Below, piece by piece: positions 38,163-51,225 of a stretch of 64,000 nucleotides of DNA. Source of the stretch: Lama glama (lineage: Eukaryota); NCBI GenBank assembly GCA_028534125.1, contig CM052832.1, positions 22,322,001 to 22,386,000 on the forward strand, written 5' to 3'. The translations under genes were made by a program, and so were the position numbers. Below the pieces are notes generated by a model. The model had not been told where the DNA came from and searched no databases. It saw nothing but the letters and a program-made list of their open reading frames with translations. Every line of letters starts with the position of its first letter. Positions within the stretch are counted from its first letter, which is position 1.

Positions 38163-39134
38163 CTAAAAAATTATATAAGCTCATCCATCTAGAGGCCAGC
38201 AAGTTCTTTTAGAGCCAGAGTGTCTGTACCAGGTTCCTTGCTGCTTTGGGACACCTGTCTCCATATTTCTTCACAGGAGTACTGTCTGGGAGTCCTCTTC
38301 CTTGGGGATGGGTCCTCGCAGCTGAGGTAGATATGCTAGGAGTACAGAACTGACCTGCCTCACTACCCCAGCTCCCATGTTCACCTAATGGGGAAGATTG
38401 TGGAGACTTGGGTCATCTGGAAGTTCTTGCAATTTATCCTAGACCACATCTGAAAGCATAGGGAGAACCTCCCAGAACTCTCACCTACCCCAGTAAGCAG
38501 AGTATGGGCCCAGTGTGGCAACCACCTAGTACTGCCTTTTGGTACTCAGGCAAAGATGACTGGGACTTCCTAACAGTCCTCTGCTGTTTGGCTGTAGGAG
38601 ATTCCACCATGGAAACTGACAGCATGTGGCCTCAGCTATCTGTAAGTGCTGGTGTCCGCCAGAAATCCTCTGGAATGAAATAATTAGGAATAGCTCAGCT
38701 GAGTGTCTTGGAGAACCAGTTAAGCTTAGAAAACTCTCATTAACTATGACCTGGTTGCCCTCTCTCATTATAAATCTACCAAGGTGTCCACTACCCCAGG
38801 CTATTACCTAATTATTGCTAAGCAACTCCATTATCTAATAATTTTCATTAGGACAAATGAAAAAGTTAGTGACTTACTAGTTACTTTCTTTGCTTCTTCG
38901 CATTCTTTAGGAGTTTCCAAAGCATCTAGCAAGCAACTAACTCAGCAGTAGCTGATATTATCTCATTAATTGGGGAGGGGGGCTCAGAGCTAATGTCAGC
39001 TATACCAATCTTTGTGTTGAAAATATTTTCACAGTTCAGGATACTTTACCCTGACTGCATATAGGAAAGTATAGAAACCCAAGTAATGATAGAAATAATC
39101 TTAGTAGGTAATAGTAGGTAATCTTAGTAGTTAA

Positions 39135-40260
39135 CAGTATATGCTTGGTAAATGCTGTGAAAGTAGTTGATAAAATTCAACATACCTTTAAATATCCTCT
39201 AGACAACTAGAAATGGAAGGGTATATTCTTCTCTGATAAAGGACTTTTACCAAACATCATACTTAACAGTTATCAAGACTTATCATTAGGTTGGATCATA
39301 TGAAATTTGTTTCTTTTCTATCAGTCACAATCTATAAGCTATTGGCAATGTCACAGAATTGAACCTATGGTAATTACGACAGTTTGGTATCAACAAAATA
39401 ATAAACATAAGATCAATGGGAAAAAGCTAAAGACTAAAAGGAAAGATCACATACATACAGAGACATAATACTAGAGAGGATTAGTATTGCTTCAGTGGAG
39501 AAAGGATGGTTAAATCAATGAATGTTTCCAGAATAATTTGTTATCTATGCAAAATAACAAAAATCCAAATCATTATCTACAATAAAAATGAAAGAATTTT
39601 TTTAAAAGTGAAAGACTTTCATATGCATGAAAGACTTAATTGTGAAAAGAAATCTATGCTATTATTAGAAGGCAAAGTGGGAGAATATATACTTATGACC
39701 TCATTGCAGGGAACAAAATTTGGGGTAGGGTATATTAAACAAAATACAAGCAGGGTGAGCCATAAAGAAAAGGATACATGCAATTATCTTACAATTAATA
39801 CTGCTAAGCATCAAAAGATAAAAAGTTAAAAACATAATAGACTTGAAAGAAACTTATGAACACGTGTAACAGTCTCACGATGAGTATTAGACTCTTTAAC
39901 AATGGCTAGAAATCAGTAATAAAAATACAAACAAAAGACAGAAAAATGGGCAAAATATATTTATCAGCAGTTAACAGGCCAATTTATCAATGAAGACATT
40001 GAGAAGATACAGTCTTTTCAACATTCAAGAAAATCTAGTTTAAAACCAAAACCATAACAAGATACATTTCATACCCATCAGAATGAAGTTTTTTCAACTT
40101 GATTATCCTTCTTGTGAAGAGGCAGGTCACTGGGAGCTGACACTCTCTGAGGCTGGGGGAGGAACCTAGCACTACTCAGTACAGTTTAATGCACACACCT
40201 TACCAGCCAGCGGACCCACTGCTACGTATCCACCGTAAAAAGACTTCTTGTGAATGTGCT
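39135..40260 (+). mobile_element. Highly decayed old L1 ORF2 (L1ME-like)
   Basis: ttgataaaattcaacatacc; aactagaaatggaaggg; gaaaaatgggcaaaa; gatacattttcatacccatcaga-type ORF2 landmarks in collinear order. Confidence 0.7.
39286..39368. mobile_element. MADE2-like mariner MITE nested in the L1
   Basis: About 80 bp with terminal inverted repeats ttaggttggatcatatgaaatt ... ggcaatgtcacagaattgaaccta. Confidence 0.7.
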
Positions 40261-40355
40261 CATGGTGAATGTGCTCATGGTGTCTGGTGATGATGAGATC
40301 GTCTCTCAGGCATTGGACCTTACTGCTCATTCTCTGCACTTCAGCTCAGTCTCAC

Positions 40356-40770
40356 CGTTTTAGTCACCTATTGTTGTGTAGCTACTAGCCTCAGATCCGA
40401 GTGGCTCAAGACAATAAACGTTTATCATCTCAGTTTCCGTGGGTCAGGAATTTGGTTTTGGCTCACATGTCACCAGGGGCTGCGATTATCTGAAGGCTTG
40501 TCTGGGGCTTGAAGTTCTGCTTCCAAGCCTCACTCACAAGGCTCTTGGCAGGAGACCTTGTTTCCTCACCTCATAGGTTTCCTCATAGGCTTGCCTGAAT
40601 GTCCTCCTGACATGGCAGCCAGCTTCCCCCAGAGTGACGAATCAGAGAGAGAGAGAGAGCAAGAAAGAAGCCACAAAACCTTCCATGACCTGGCTTCAGA
40701 AGTCACACACTATCACTTCTGTAAAATCCTATTCATTAGAAGTGAATCACTGAGTTCATTCAAGGACAAA
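40356..40770 (-). mobile_element. MaLR LTR (MLT1F/G/H-like)
   Basis: tttatcatctcagtttccgtgggtcaggaattt...atctgaaggcttg...gacatggcagccagcttcccccagag...cagaagtcacacac. Confidence 0.8.
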
Positions 40771-41315
40771 GGGTGGATGTTGGAAGCTGCTTGAAGTTGG
40801 AAGTTGGGTAGGCAGACGTAGCTGTAATAAGGCCTAGGGAGGGGGCTGTGGCTGGAACAGTGACATCTCTGCCACACCTCCCATCCTTCAAAAACGCTTG
40901 AAATATTAATCTGTCATTCCAGTAATAATACTTTCCCTACCTTCTCAGCATGTGGAGTAGATTGTCTCCCAATTACAGTTCATGTCCTCTTCCCTCACCT
41001 TCCCACTAAATGTCCAGATTCTTTCGCCTAATTTGTGTATTACCTTAATTATTTTAAAATTGCATGTTCTCAATATTTACTAGCATCCACATGGTCCACA
41101 AGTCAACACTCCATCTGCTCTACACATTCTTTCAAAATATTTCTCACAGATGGTCATTCAGCATCTGCTTGCACACTTCTACTGAAAGGGGCTCACAGTC
41201 TTACTGCCATGTAAAGGTATTCATGCTTTCCATTACAAGAACAACTCTTTATTTTAGAAACCTGACATATCAAAGAGAGCAAGTTTAGGCAATATATTAA
41301 TACACTATGGCAGCT

Positions 41316-41686
41316 TGTGTTAGTCAGCTCAGGCTGCTGTAACAAAATACCACAGAACAGGTGGTTTAAGCAACAGAAATTAATTTTCTCACAGTTCTGG
41401 GGATTAGAAAGTGCAAGGTCAAGGTCCAGCAGGACTCAGTGTCTGATGAGGGCTCTCTGGCTGGCTTGCAGATGGCCGCCATCTCACTTGTGTCCTCACG
41501 TGGCAGGGAGAGACAGAACTGCCCAGTATCTCTTCTTATAAGGGCACTAATCCCATCGTGAGGGTCCCACCCTCATGACCTCATAAACACAATTACCCCT
41601 CAAAGGCCCTGTCTCTGAATACGATCACACTGGGGGTTAGGATTTCAACATATAAATTTTAACAGGACAGAATTCAGTCAATACCA
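41316..41686 (-). mobile_element. MaLR solo LTR (MLT1A/A0-like)
   Basis: tgtgttagtcagctcaggctgctgtaacaaaataccacaga ... gggggttaggatttcaacata...attcagtcaatacca; 5-bp flanks cagct and caact. Confidence 0.9.
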
Positions 41687-42964
41687 CAACTCATAATGTG
41701 ACTCAGAACTGCTTCTTGTATCTGAGATCAGAAAAAAGATTTTTGCTCTCAGTCTCTTAGGGAGCTCATCTCTGATGCCTTGACAGCTACTTTCGGCAAG
41801 AAGTGATTATGAATTGAAGATTCTTTCTCCTGTCTTCCCTGACTCTAGCACTGTGTTTGGGGTGATGGTATACCCAGGGACAGCTTTCTCTTCTCCGACG
41901 GACAGAGAAAGTAGGAAAATTCTCATTACTGGATGCTAGCTCGGGTTCTTCAGCTTATGAGTAACAAGCTAGTACTATTTACCTAGAAGGTTTATAATGA
42001 TTATTTCATGTTTTAAATTCAACCCTGATTTTCCTGCAAATGCAGCATTCAGAGGAAAAGAAAGAACTCAGCTGTCTGTACAAACATATGGAAATCAATG
42101 ATAAATGGGCAGAGACTGCACAGTGTATTTATTAACCAAGCTTGTATAAATCATAATTTTTCAACCATTTATTAAACTAATAGGATTGTTTTGGGAACAT
42201 CAAAGAATTCTTTATTAGGTAAATAATCATGTTTATCCACTCAGTTATAGGGAAAAGCAGATCATCCACACTGCATTTACTCTGCCTCATCAGATTTCAT
42301 TTCTCTTAAATGTCAGCCATTGATAATTTTTACCACACAACCTGGGGGGAAAAGTCCAAATTTCTGTCACCTCTCCAGTCCAGGAAAAGGATTGCTGCTT
42401 GATTCTCAGATACTCATTTCTTTCTTCCCCAACTGGGTAAATACTCGTGTGGCTTAAATTGGGTCTCCCATACTGAACTCAAATTTAGGCAGTTGGCTGC
42501 CTTGGCTAATTCTTTGTTTCTTCCTTCTTTCTTGATTCATCCTATGCCAGTCTTTATATCATCTGACATCCAGGCATATCTTAGTAGCCTGCTTTGTTGA
42601 TTAAGCATGAGCCAGATCCTCTCAGCACCTGGGACAACTCCCTCTGTTTCCAGTCTTTTCCTCCATCATATAATCAGCTGACGTGAGCTCAGAGAACACT
42701 GACTTTTTCCAGTGTTAATAGGAAGAAAACATAATTAGGAAATTAAGTCAGCTGCCTGACAGGCAGAGACTACTCTGTGTTTGTTATTTTGATTTTGTAA
42801 TATCAGTGTCATCCTGAAAAATTATTTTTATAAATCAGAATTTTACAGATAAAAATGTATTTTGGCCATATGAGCATGTACTGGGGGAGTAAGAAATTCC
42901 ATTCATTTAGTAAATCATTATTGATCCCACTAAGGCCAGCCATTAGGCATAGTGAGAAATATGA

Positions 42965-43290
42965 AGATTTATTGATATATCCAATAAACATGTGCTGAGT
43001 ACCAGCTATGTGCCAGACACTGTTTGAGACATGGGGGATACAGAGGTGAATAAGAAACACCAGACTCCTGATCTCAAGAAGCTGCTAGTCCAGTGGGGAA
43101 AGACGTAATAAATAAGTACATAAGCAAATAAAAATGACTATCAAGTAGCAGTGAGTAGTATAAAGAAATTCAACAGAATACTATGAAGGTTACTGGTAGC
43201 AGTGAGGAGAGCACTCATTTAGATGGAATAGTCTATGAAGGCATCTGGAAGGTGCCTTCATAGACTATTGATGCCTTGATCTAATATAGA
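42965..43290 (-). mobile_element. L2 LINE 3' region
   Basis: aataaacatgtgctgagtaccagctatgtgccagacactgtttgagacatgggggatacagaggtgaataaga. Confidence 0.8.
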
Positions 43291-43404
43291 TGATGAATAA
43301 ATAGAGTAGGGCCCATGCCTTTCCTTGGAAGAGTTTATAGTCAAGAGAGATTCTAAAATTGCATTCGATTTAGTATATAACCCCAAGCAGGTGACTATGA
43401 ACTT

Positions 43405-43930
43405 CATGTTAAAAATGGCATAACACTACATAACTCAAAGAATAAAATAAATATCTATGAGTTCAGACTGACATAAATGAATGGTTGAACAAACAAACAA
43501 ACAAACAAACATGGGTGAATGGACAAATCTTCCTACTGAAGAATTCCAAATAATATATGTAGATGGTCCTCTCATCAGAAAGGAGAGCATAATTTCTCTC
43601 CTTTTGAGTGTGGTCTGGACTTAGTGATGTGCTTCTAAAGAAAAAAGAATGAAAAGGGGAGAACAGAAACTTTACAGCGGGGAAACCTAAAAACACCACC
43701 TTACCCAAGTGACCAAGGTTAATATCACCAGGGATGAATTATGCTGATGTCATGAACCCTCTGATACCATGTGACAAGAAGGGCACTTTGCTTCCGTGGT
43801 ATCCATCCCCCAAACCCACAACTCAGCCTCATCAAGAGAAAAGCATTAGGAAAACCCAAATTGAGACATTTCGACAAAATTCCTGACCAGTTCTCTTCAA
43901 AACTATCAAGGTCATGAAAAACATGAAATC
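43405..43930 (+). mobile_element. L1MC/L1MD-like 3' UTR fragment
   Basis: gaagaattccaaataat...gtgaccaaggttaatatcacca...cccaaattgagacatt...ccagttctcttcaaaactatcaaggtcatgaaaaac. Confidence 0.8.
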
Positions 43931-43934
43931 TCAA

Positions 43935-46603
43935 CATCATCAATATGGTGTTATAGGCCATTCCTGACTTCAGTCTCCCCCACAAAAAGTGCAACTAGGA
44001 ACTATCAATGACAAGACACCAGACCCTGAGGACAAGGCTGAAGCACCCCCCTGGACCGCAGAGACACAGAAGGACATCATCAGAAGGGTAAGAGGAGCAG
44101 TTTCACTCTGGATGCATTTTCCCTCCCCCAGGGCGGCATAAACACCACACTGAGAGGGGATCCCTGGGCCTATGGTTTCCCCAATGGGAAAAGAGAATGC
44201 AAGGTGGACATCCAGCTTCCTCAGTGTTGCAGGATCCTTCCCAGGAGGACCACTTGGGTCTCACCTCAGAGATCACTGGGTTGTTCTGCCCAGCTTGACC
44301 ACAGGATAACACAGAGATGGAGAGGGGGGTGTGGGGCTCACAGCAGCCAACACTCAGATCTTGTCAGACCAAGTTCTTGTTTGCAGCAGCCCCTGAGCAG
44401 AGATCCGAGCCAACGGCCCTGCATGGGCAGAGAAGCAAGTTCTAAACTCCACCCAGCTGTGGAACATAACCTCCAGCCCCATCCCATCAGAAAACCTGGC
44501 CCAAGAACCCAGAAGCTGTGGAGCCCATCCTAGAGCCTGCTTGGGCAGGGAGCCATGCTAGCAGCCCTGTCCTACGTCTGAGCATAGCCTCTGACTTTGC
44601 GTAACAAGGGAACCTGAACAGTGACCCTGGGCAGCCTTGGAGCCTATCCTAGGGCACGACCCACTTATAACCCTGCCCAGCCAATGACCCTGTCCAACCA
44701 TGCAGCTCAGTCTCGAGCCCCACTCAACTGTAGGGTACAGCTGGAGGCCCTGTACAACCAGAGAGCCTGGCCAGTGACTACACCCAACAGTGGAACACTG
44801 CCGATGGCCTACCTGCCTACGAATCTAGCCTGTGGCTGTACTCAACTTCAGGGCACAACCTTCAGATCCACATGATTACAGAGCAAATCCTGAGGTCCCA
44901 CTGAACCACAGGGCTCTGCATGCAGCCCTGCCTGTATGTGGAGTCCAGCCAGAAGTGCCATAAGGTTGGGAAGAACAGCCTGAGGCCCCACCCAACCAAG
45001 AGTCATTGCAGAACCCAACCAGTAGACCCATCTGACCACAGAGCAGCAATTCTTCTCCCCCATCTCACAGCAGCCTCGTCTAACTAGAGATCCCAACAGC
45101 AAGCCCCACCCACCCATGGACACTGCCAGATGACCTCTCCAGTATCCCAAGCTGAGCTGAATGGTGAAGGTCTTTCCCTGACCAAGCAAATCAATAAAAT
45201 CTGGAAGAGAAGATCCTACTTAAATGTGCAGATATCAGTGCAAGTTTACAAAGAGCATAATCTGGTAAACATGACACTACCAAAGGAGACTAACAAAGCT
45301 CCGATAACCGACCTTAAAGAAATGGAGATCTACGAAATCTCTAAGAATTCAGAGTAATCTTCTTAATGAAGGTCAGTGAACTGTAAGAACACATAGACAG
45401 ACAGGTAAACACAGTTAGGAAAACAATGCATGTACAAAGGGTGAAGTTCAACAAAGAAATAGAAATCATCAAAAAAATTCAAGCAGAAATCTTAGAAATG
45501 AAGAATACAATGACTAAACTGAAGAATTCAATAGAGTTTCAACAGCAGACTTGACCAAGCATTCAACAGCAGCAGAATACACAATGGGACTCAAGCACAT
45601 ATGAGACTTTCTAGGATAGATCATATGTTAAGCCACAGAAGAAGTCAATAACAGGAGGAAAGCTGGAAAATTTACAAATACATGAAAATTAACACATTCC
45701 TCAATAGCCAATCAATCAAAGAAGGAGTGAAAAAGGAAATTAATAAATATCTTGAGGCAAAAGAAAATGGAAACACAACATACCAAAACTTATGGGATAC
45801 AGAAAAAGCAATTCTAAGAGGGAAGTTTATAGCTATAAATGCATACATCAGAAAAGATATCAAATAAACAACCTAACATTCCACCTCAAGGATACAGAAA
45901 AAGAAGAAGAAACTAAGCCCAGTTTGCAGAATAAAGGAAATAATGTGGATGATGGCAAAAATAACTAGAGAACAGGAAACAAAAGGAAAGATTTTAGGGA
46001 AAAAAACTAAGACTTGGTTCTTGGAATAGAGAAACAAAATTGACAAACCTGTAGCTAGACTAACCAAGAAAAAAAGAGAGAGGAGTCAAATAAATCAAAT
46101 TATAAGTAAACAAGGAGACATTACAGCTGATACCACAGAAATATAAAGGATCATTAAGAGACTAAAATGAATAACTGTTTGCTAACAGATTGAAAAGCCA
46201 GGAAGAATAAATAAATTCCTAGAAACATACAACCAATAAAGACTGAATAATGAAGAAACTGAAAATCTGAACAGATCAATAATGAGTAAGAAGACCTGAT
46301 CAGTAATTTAAAAAAAAAATCTCCCAACAAAGAAAAGCTCAAAACCAGATAGTTTCTTTGGTGAACATTTACTAAACATTTAAAGAAGAATTAATGCCAA
46401 TCCTTTCCAAATTTTTTCAAAAAACTGAAGAGGAAGCAACACTACCAAACTCATTTTACAAGGTCAGAATTACCCCGAAACCAAAGCCAGTTAAGAATAC
46501 TACCAGGAAAAAGAAGAAAAGAAAAGAAAAAAAAAAAGGCCAATATACCTGATAAACATAAATGCAAATTCTCAGCAAAATACTAGTAAACCAAATTCAA
46601 TAA
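43935..46603 (+). mobile_element. L1 5' UTR, partial ORF1 and partial ORF2 (degenerate, internally deleted, 3'-truncated)
   Basis: GC-richer tandem-repeat 5' UTR; ORF1-like NMTLPKETNKAPITDLKEMEIYE; ORF2 linker NGNTTYQNLWDTEKAILRGKFIAINAYIRK; ends at the start of the RT domain (ggccaatatacctgataaacataaatgcaa...caaattcaa). Confidence 0.9.
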
Positions 46604-47634
46604 AAGATGCAAGCCTTTATCCATGAGTAATACTTGCTAGGGAAATGAAAGCAGTAGTAGGTAGGCAGCTCATGCACACACATGTATTTGCCATCTATGG
46701 TCTAGGTATTCCAACTCATGTTTTTAAAGCCTACATCCTCAGTTAGGAGCCTGGGAAGTACCATTTGGCCTGGACCAGGGCCCAGGGCCGCCGGCCTGAC
46801 AAATGGCATAAGGGGAAAGCTGAAGGCAGATGGCTTTTTAGCTGTAAGTCAGTCAATTAATCTGGCTTTATTTACTGTCTAACATGTGTCTTATACTATG
46901 TAGGGATTCAGACTGGTTTCTGAGAATCATACGGCTCTTGGCTCTGGTAAAAGACCCCACTTCTCAGCTCTAACCTCATATTCTTGTCATTAGACTTTTC
47001 TAGCAACAGAGTCAAGGGCAAAAATATTTAAGTAACTGCTGGAATTTGAAAGAAGCATGAGATACATTCTAGTCTATCAGGGCTCATTTATATTCTGAGC
47101 GGAGTCTAGTGGCCTATGTTTGCTAAGTGCATAAATTTTCAGGTACTTGCAAAATGCCAGGGTCATAAATCTTTTTAAAAAACAAAGCTTATTTATTTTC
47201 CTTGAAGAAAAGTGGTTTTTTTTTTTCATGGAAATAGAGAAAAGCTCAAAGAAGAAAATTAAAAAAACAACTATCCACCCATGAACTCACCTGTCAGAGC
47301 CAACCAATGTTTTGCTGTCATGCAGGTTAGAAAACACCTGTATTTGGGATAATGTCATATATACAGTCCTGTTCAGATTTCTTCAGTTAATAGCATTACA
47401 AAAGTATCTCCTGTATCACAACTAACTCTTCACAAGCATCCTTTAAAATTATTGTCTATCTTATCACATCCTTTATCAAAAGCTGTGGATCTATTTTGTT
47501 AATATTAAGCTATTTTTATAGAAGGAAGGAAGGTGACAAATTGTTACAAATCTTCAAATGAGCAAAGACATTACTGTTTCAAAGTGAGATTATTCACTGG
47601 CTGGTGAAGTCTTGAACCTGCAAGCCTCCCTTCA

Positions 47635-47760
47635 AGGGAGTGGATTATAATGATTTTCCTCCATAGAAGAGGAAATTGAGGCATGAGTTTCTCGACTCTA
47701 GGATGATCCAGCCAGCCAACAGAAGAACCAGGTTTACAGCCCCCTGCTCCTAGCCATTAT
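47635..47760 (-). mobile_element. MIR fragment
   Basis: agaagaggaaattgaggca...cagaagaaccaggttta. Confidence 0.5.
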
Positions 47761-49149
47761 ACAAATATCAAAACGAGAAAGCACTTTTCTTTAGCAGGTA
47801 CTCGGCTCACTGCCTAACCTTTGAAGTAACTGTTACCCTAGGTGTGGTTTAATCAGAAAGCAAAAAAAAAAAAAAAAAAAAAAAAGCAGGAGCTTCTCAG
47901 ATGCCTGTTCACATGAACGCGGACTTGTAAGAAGAGCATGAATCCACACGCGTGGTGGGAAGAGCCCTGCCTGAGAGTACTGTCTGGAAATATGGGATCC
48001 AGCCGTGCTTCTCCCTGACTATGTGTCATAAGCAAGTTCAGCATAAGCAGGTTCACCCCCCTGGATTTTGGCTTTCTCAGTTTTCAGTGGTTGAACTATT
48101 TTAGATGATATTTCCATGTGCTCACATTTCAGCTTCTAAGCCTGATTTTTTTTTTTTTTGTCAATTTCAGACTCAGTGGACATTTTGAGTCTTCTGGGTG
48201 GGAGTTAACATGAAGACTTCACAGAATCTGCTAATGGGTTGAGAATCTTACCCAACTGCTCAGCTAGGGAGGTGAGTGAATTTAATAAGTATATGTGGAA
48301 TCCAAAGCTATTTGCTTGAATAAAATATTTCTGTCACCCCCACAGAGCACATCGTGCCTGCATATAATAGAGTGGTAGATCAACAACTTGAATTTGACTC
48401 AACTTCAAGGCATGAGAAGCAAGTGCATTATAATGCTACCTGCAGGAAAGACGACTATAAAGAGCTTTGTTCAGCCTTCTCCAGTCTCCAGCTCTCTTTT
48501 CGATTGCCTCTGATGTTGCAGTTTCTCAAATGTTTGATTTAAATGTATCCTACCAGACAGTGCTTTCTGAAAACATAGCAGAATATTTGCATATCTTGGA
48601 GCTTCTGAATTCTCTGGTGCCACAGTAACAGCACAGGGTAACCTTCACCGAACCAGCTTTCTTTGCTACCCAATGTATCCTATAGGCTTGGACTCTTTTC
48701 TCACTGATCTTGGACTGAAGATGGCGATCTTTAGAGAGAAGAAGGGAGGGGTACTACTTTAATGTTAATGACATGAGCAGTAAGGCTACCTGGGCTTTGA
48801 TGATGGACAAGAAAGTAAGACCTCTCTTGCCATTCCTATGCTACTTGGTTGAATATTCCTGAGGTTCCCTGCTATATTCCTATTAAAAATAAAAATAAAG
48901 TTGGCATGGCAGGGAATGCAATGGAGGGAAAGTAATATTGTAGCTAAAACCCTACAAATTCATCCTTAATCTAAATCCCAAAAAGGTCAAGGTGATGTTG
49001 GAAGAATGATTGGGCATTTCTGTGAAGGCTATTCTCTCCACTGTTAGGGTCTTTTATTTATTCAATAAAGGTTTCTTAAACTCCTAATATGTGTTAGGCA
49101 ATGTTTAAGTTCTAACAGTCTATCAGCAGGAACAAAAGAGAAACACTGC

Positions 49150-49877
49150 TAAAAGGGAATCCTTGTACATTGTTGGTGGGAGTATAAATTGGTACAGCCA
49201 CTGTGGAAAACAGTATGGAGGTTCCTCAGAAAACTAAAAATAGGTCTACCATATAATCCAGAAATTCCACTCCTGGGTATATATCCAAAGAAAACAAAAA
49301 TACTAATTCAAAAAGATACATGCACCCCAATTCATAGCAGCATTATTTACAATAGCCAAGACATGGTTTCAACCTAAGTATCTGTCAACAGATGAATGGA
49401 TAAAGAAGATGTGGTATATTTACACAATGGAATAGTACTCGGCCATAAAAAAAGAATGAAGTTCTGCCATCTGCAACAATGTGGATGGACCCAGAAAGTA
49501 TTATGCTTAGTGAAATAAGTCAGACAGAGAAAGACAAATACTCTGTGTTATCACTTATATGTGGAATCTGAAAAATAAAACAAACAAATACATATAACAA
49601 AACAGAAAAAGACTCACAGATATAGAGAAAAAAACTAGTGGTTACCAGTGGGGAGAGGGAAGGAGGGAGGGACAAGATAAGGGTAGGTGATTAAGAGATA
49701 CAAACTATGTGTAAAGTAGATAAGCAACAAGGATACACTGCATCACACAAGGAAATGTAGCCATTGTCTTATAATAACCTTAAATGAGGTATAATTTATA
49801 AAAATACTGAATCAGTATGTTGTATACCTGAAACAAATAGAATATTGTAAATCAACTATGCTTCAATTAAAAAAAAG
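49150..49877 (+). mobile_element. L1 ORF2 C-terminus and 3' UTR with A tail, inserted in an L2 fragment
   Basis: ORF 49189..49377 [34 protein letters not shown] is the L1 ORF2 C-terminus; the element ends aatattgtaaatcaactatgcttcaattaaaaaaaa. Confidence 0.93.
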
Positions 49878-49964
49878 CTCCTGCTCTTAGAGAGGAAGTG
49901 CTCTTGGTCTAGTTGTTCTTAATATTGAAGGGGAGAGGTGGTGCAGGGGTCCTTGAATAGGATT

Positions 49965-50605
49965 CCCCCCAAAACTTGCCCCAGTTTCCAGTTGCTCAGA
50001 CCAAAATCTTCAGGACCAGCTTTGATCTGCTCACCACCCCTTCTCTTATGTTCTACCTCCAAACTGTCAGAAAATCTCGACTTCTGCAAATCTAACCAGA
50101 ATCTGAGCATCTGCCCACTTTGTCCCCAATGCTAGCATCTGGGTTAAAACCACCATTATGTAATAATAACATCTTCTACTGCCCCTCCCCTTGCTTACTC
50201 GCTCCAGCACACTGGCCCAATTTGGGGCTTTTGTGCTGGCTCTTTCCTCTTCCCAGAATATTTTTCCAGCAGTCATACGCTTGGCTAATTCATTCACTTC
50301 CTTCAAACCACTGTTCAAAACTCACTTTCCCAGCAGCGCCTACCTGGACCGCTCTGTTTCACGATGTGGAGAGAATCCCCACCAAACGCTCTCTATTCCT
50401 CTTAGCTTGCTCTATTTTTTTCTTTTATTGCATAAAACTTACCCTTTCTAACATAATAAACTTTATTATATTTGTTTTTTATTATCTGTTTTCTTTCACC
50501 CATGTAAGATCAAGCAGAGCAGGAATCTGTGCATTTTATTCACTAATGTTTTCTAAGTGCCTAGAGCAGTGTCTGGCTTCTCACAGGTAATAGAGAAATA
50601 TTTCC
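49965..50605 (+). mobile_element. L2 LINE 3' region
   Basis: ccagttgctcagaccaaaatctt...atgtaagatcaagcagagcaggaatctgtg...tattcactaatgttttctaagtgcctagagcagtgtctggc; this explains the 156-aa chance ORF 50120..50590. Confidence 0.85.
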
Positions 50606-51029
50606 TTCATTCAGAGGTCCATAAACACCTTGAAATTAAGTGCAAAATGTATGGGTGCAATTTTCCAAAAAAGCAGTATCACAGCTTTTTATTAGATAAT
50701 CAGAGGGAACTGTGATCAAAACTAGTTCTAAAACCACTAAGTTATGCTTACCTATAATATGGATGCTTTGAGGATTTCTTGGAAATAATTTAATTAGAAA
50801 AAAACCCATGTGAAATTGTAACAATGTGTCTTATTGGATAGTTTCTTAACTCATGTACTGGCATGCCTAAATCCCTGTGAAGACCAGCTGTAGAAGGAAG
50901 GAGCAAGAGAGAGAACACACACAAAGAAATACTGGGAGTGTCTTTCTTAGCAAAAAAATCTAGAGCGTGAATGATAATGAAGCTGGTAACTAACATTGCT
51001 GTGTTAATGATAATGCTAATACTCATAAT

Positions 51030-51225
51030 TATTGTATGTGGAACTTTTCATTTGAAAGTCTCCAGGTGCTTTATAAACATTAATTAGTGACATTTCACAA
51101 CACCCTAGTGAGACAGGTTAAGTATTATTATACCTGTTTTATACCTTTAGTAAAGAGTTTCTAAAGGTTATACAGCAAGGTAAGAATAGAAACTGAAGTG
51201 ATACCTGGAAATTCCCCTCCCCCAA
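51030..51225 (-). mobile_element. MIR fragment
   Basis: tcacaacaccctagtgagacaggttaagtattattatacctgtttta...aaggttatacagc. Confidence 0.65.

Noticed and set aside
40250..40282. 15-bp tandem duplication gtgaatgtgctcatg (similar cases near 14450, 39100 and 48028)
   Set aside because: Ordinary slippage duplications with two copies and no spacers; not CRISPR-like.
48542..48682. Direct repeat aatgtatccta flanking about 120 bp as a possible TSD
   Set aside because: The enclosed sequence has no tail, terminal repeats or recognisable RNA or element identity.
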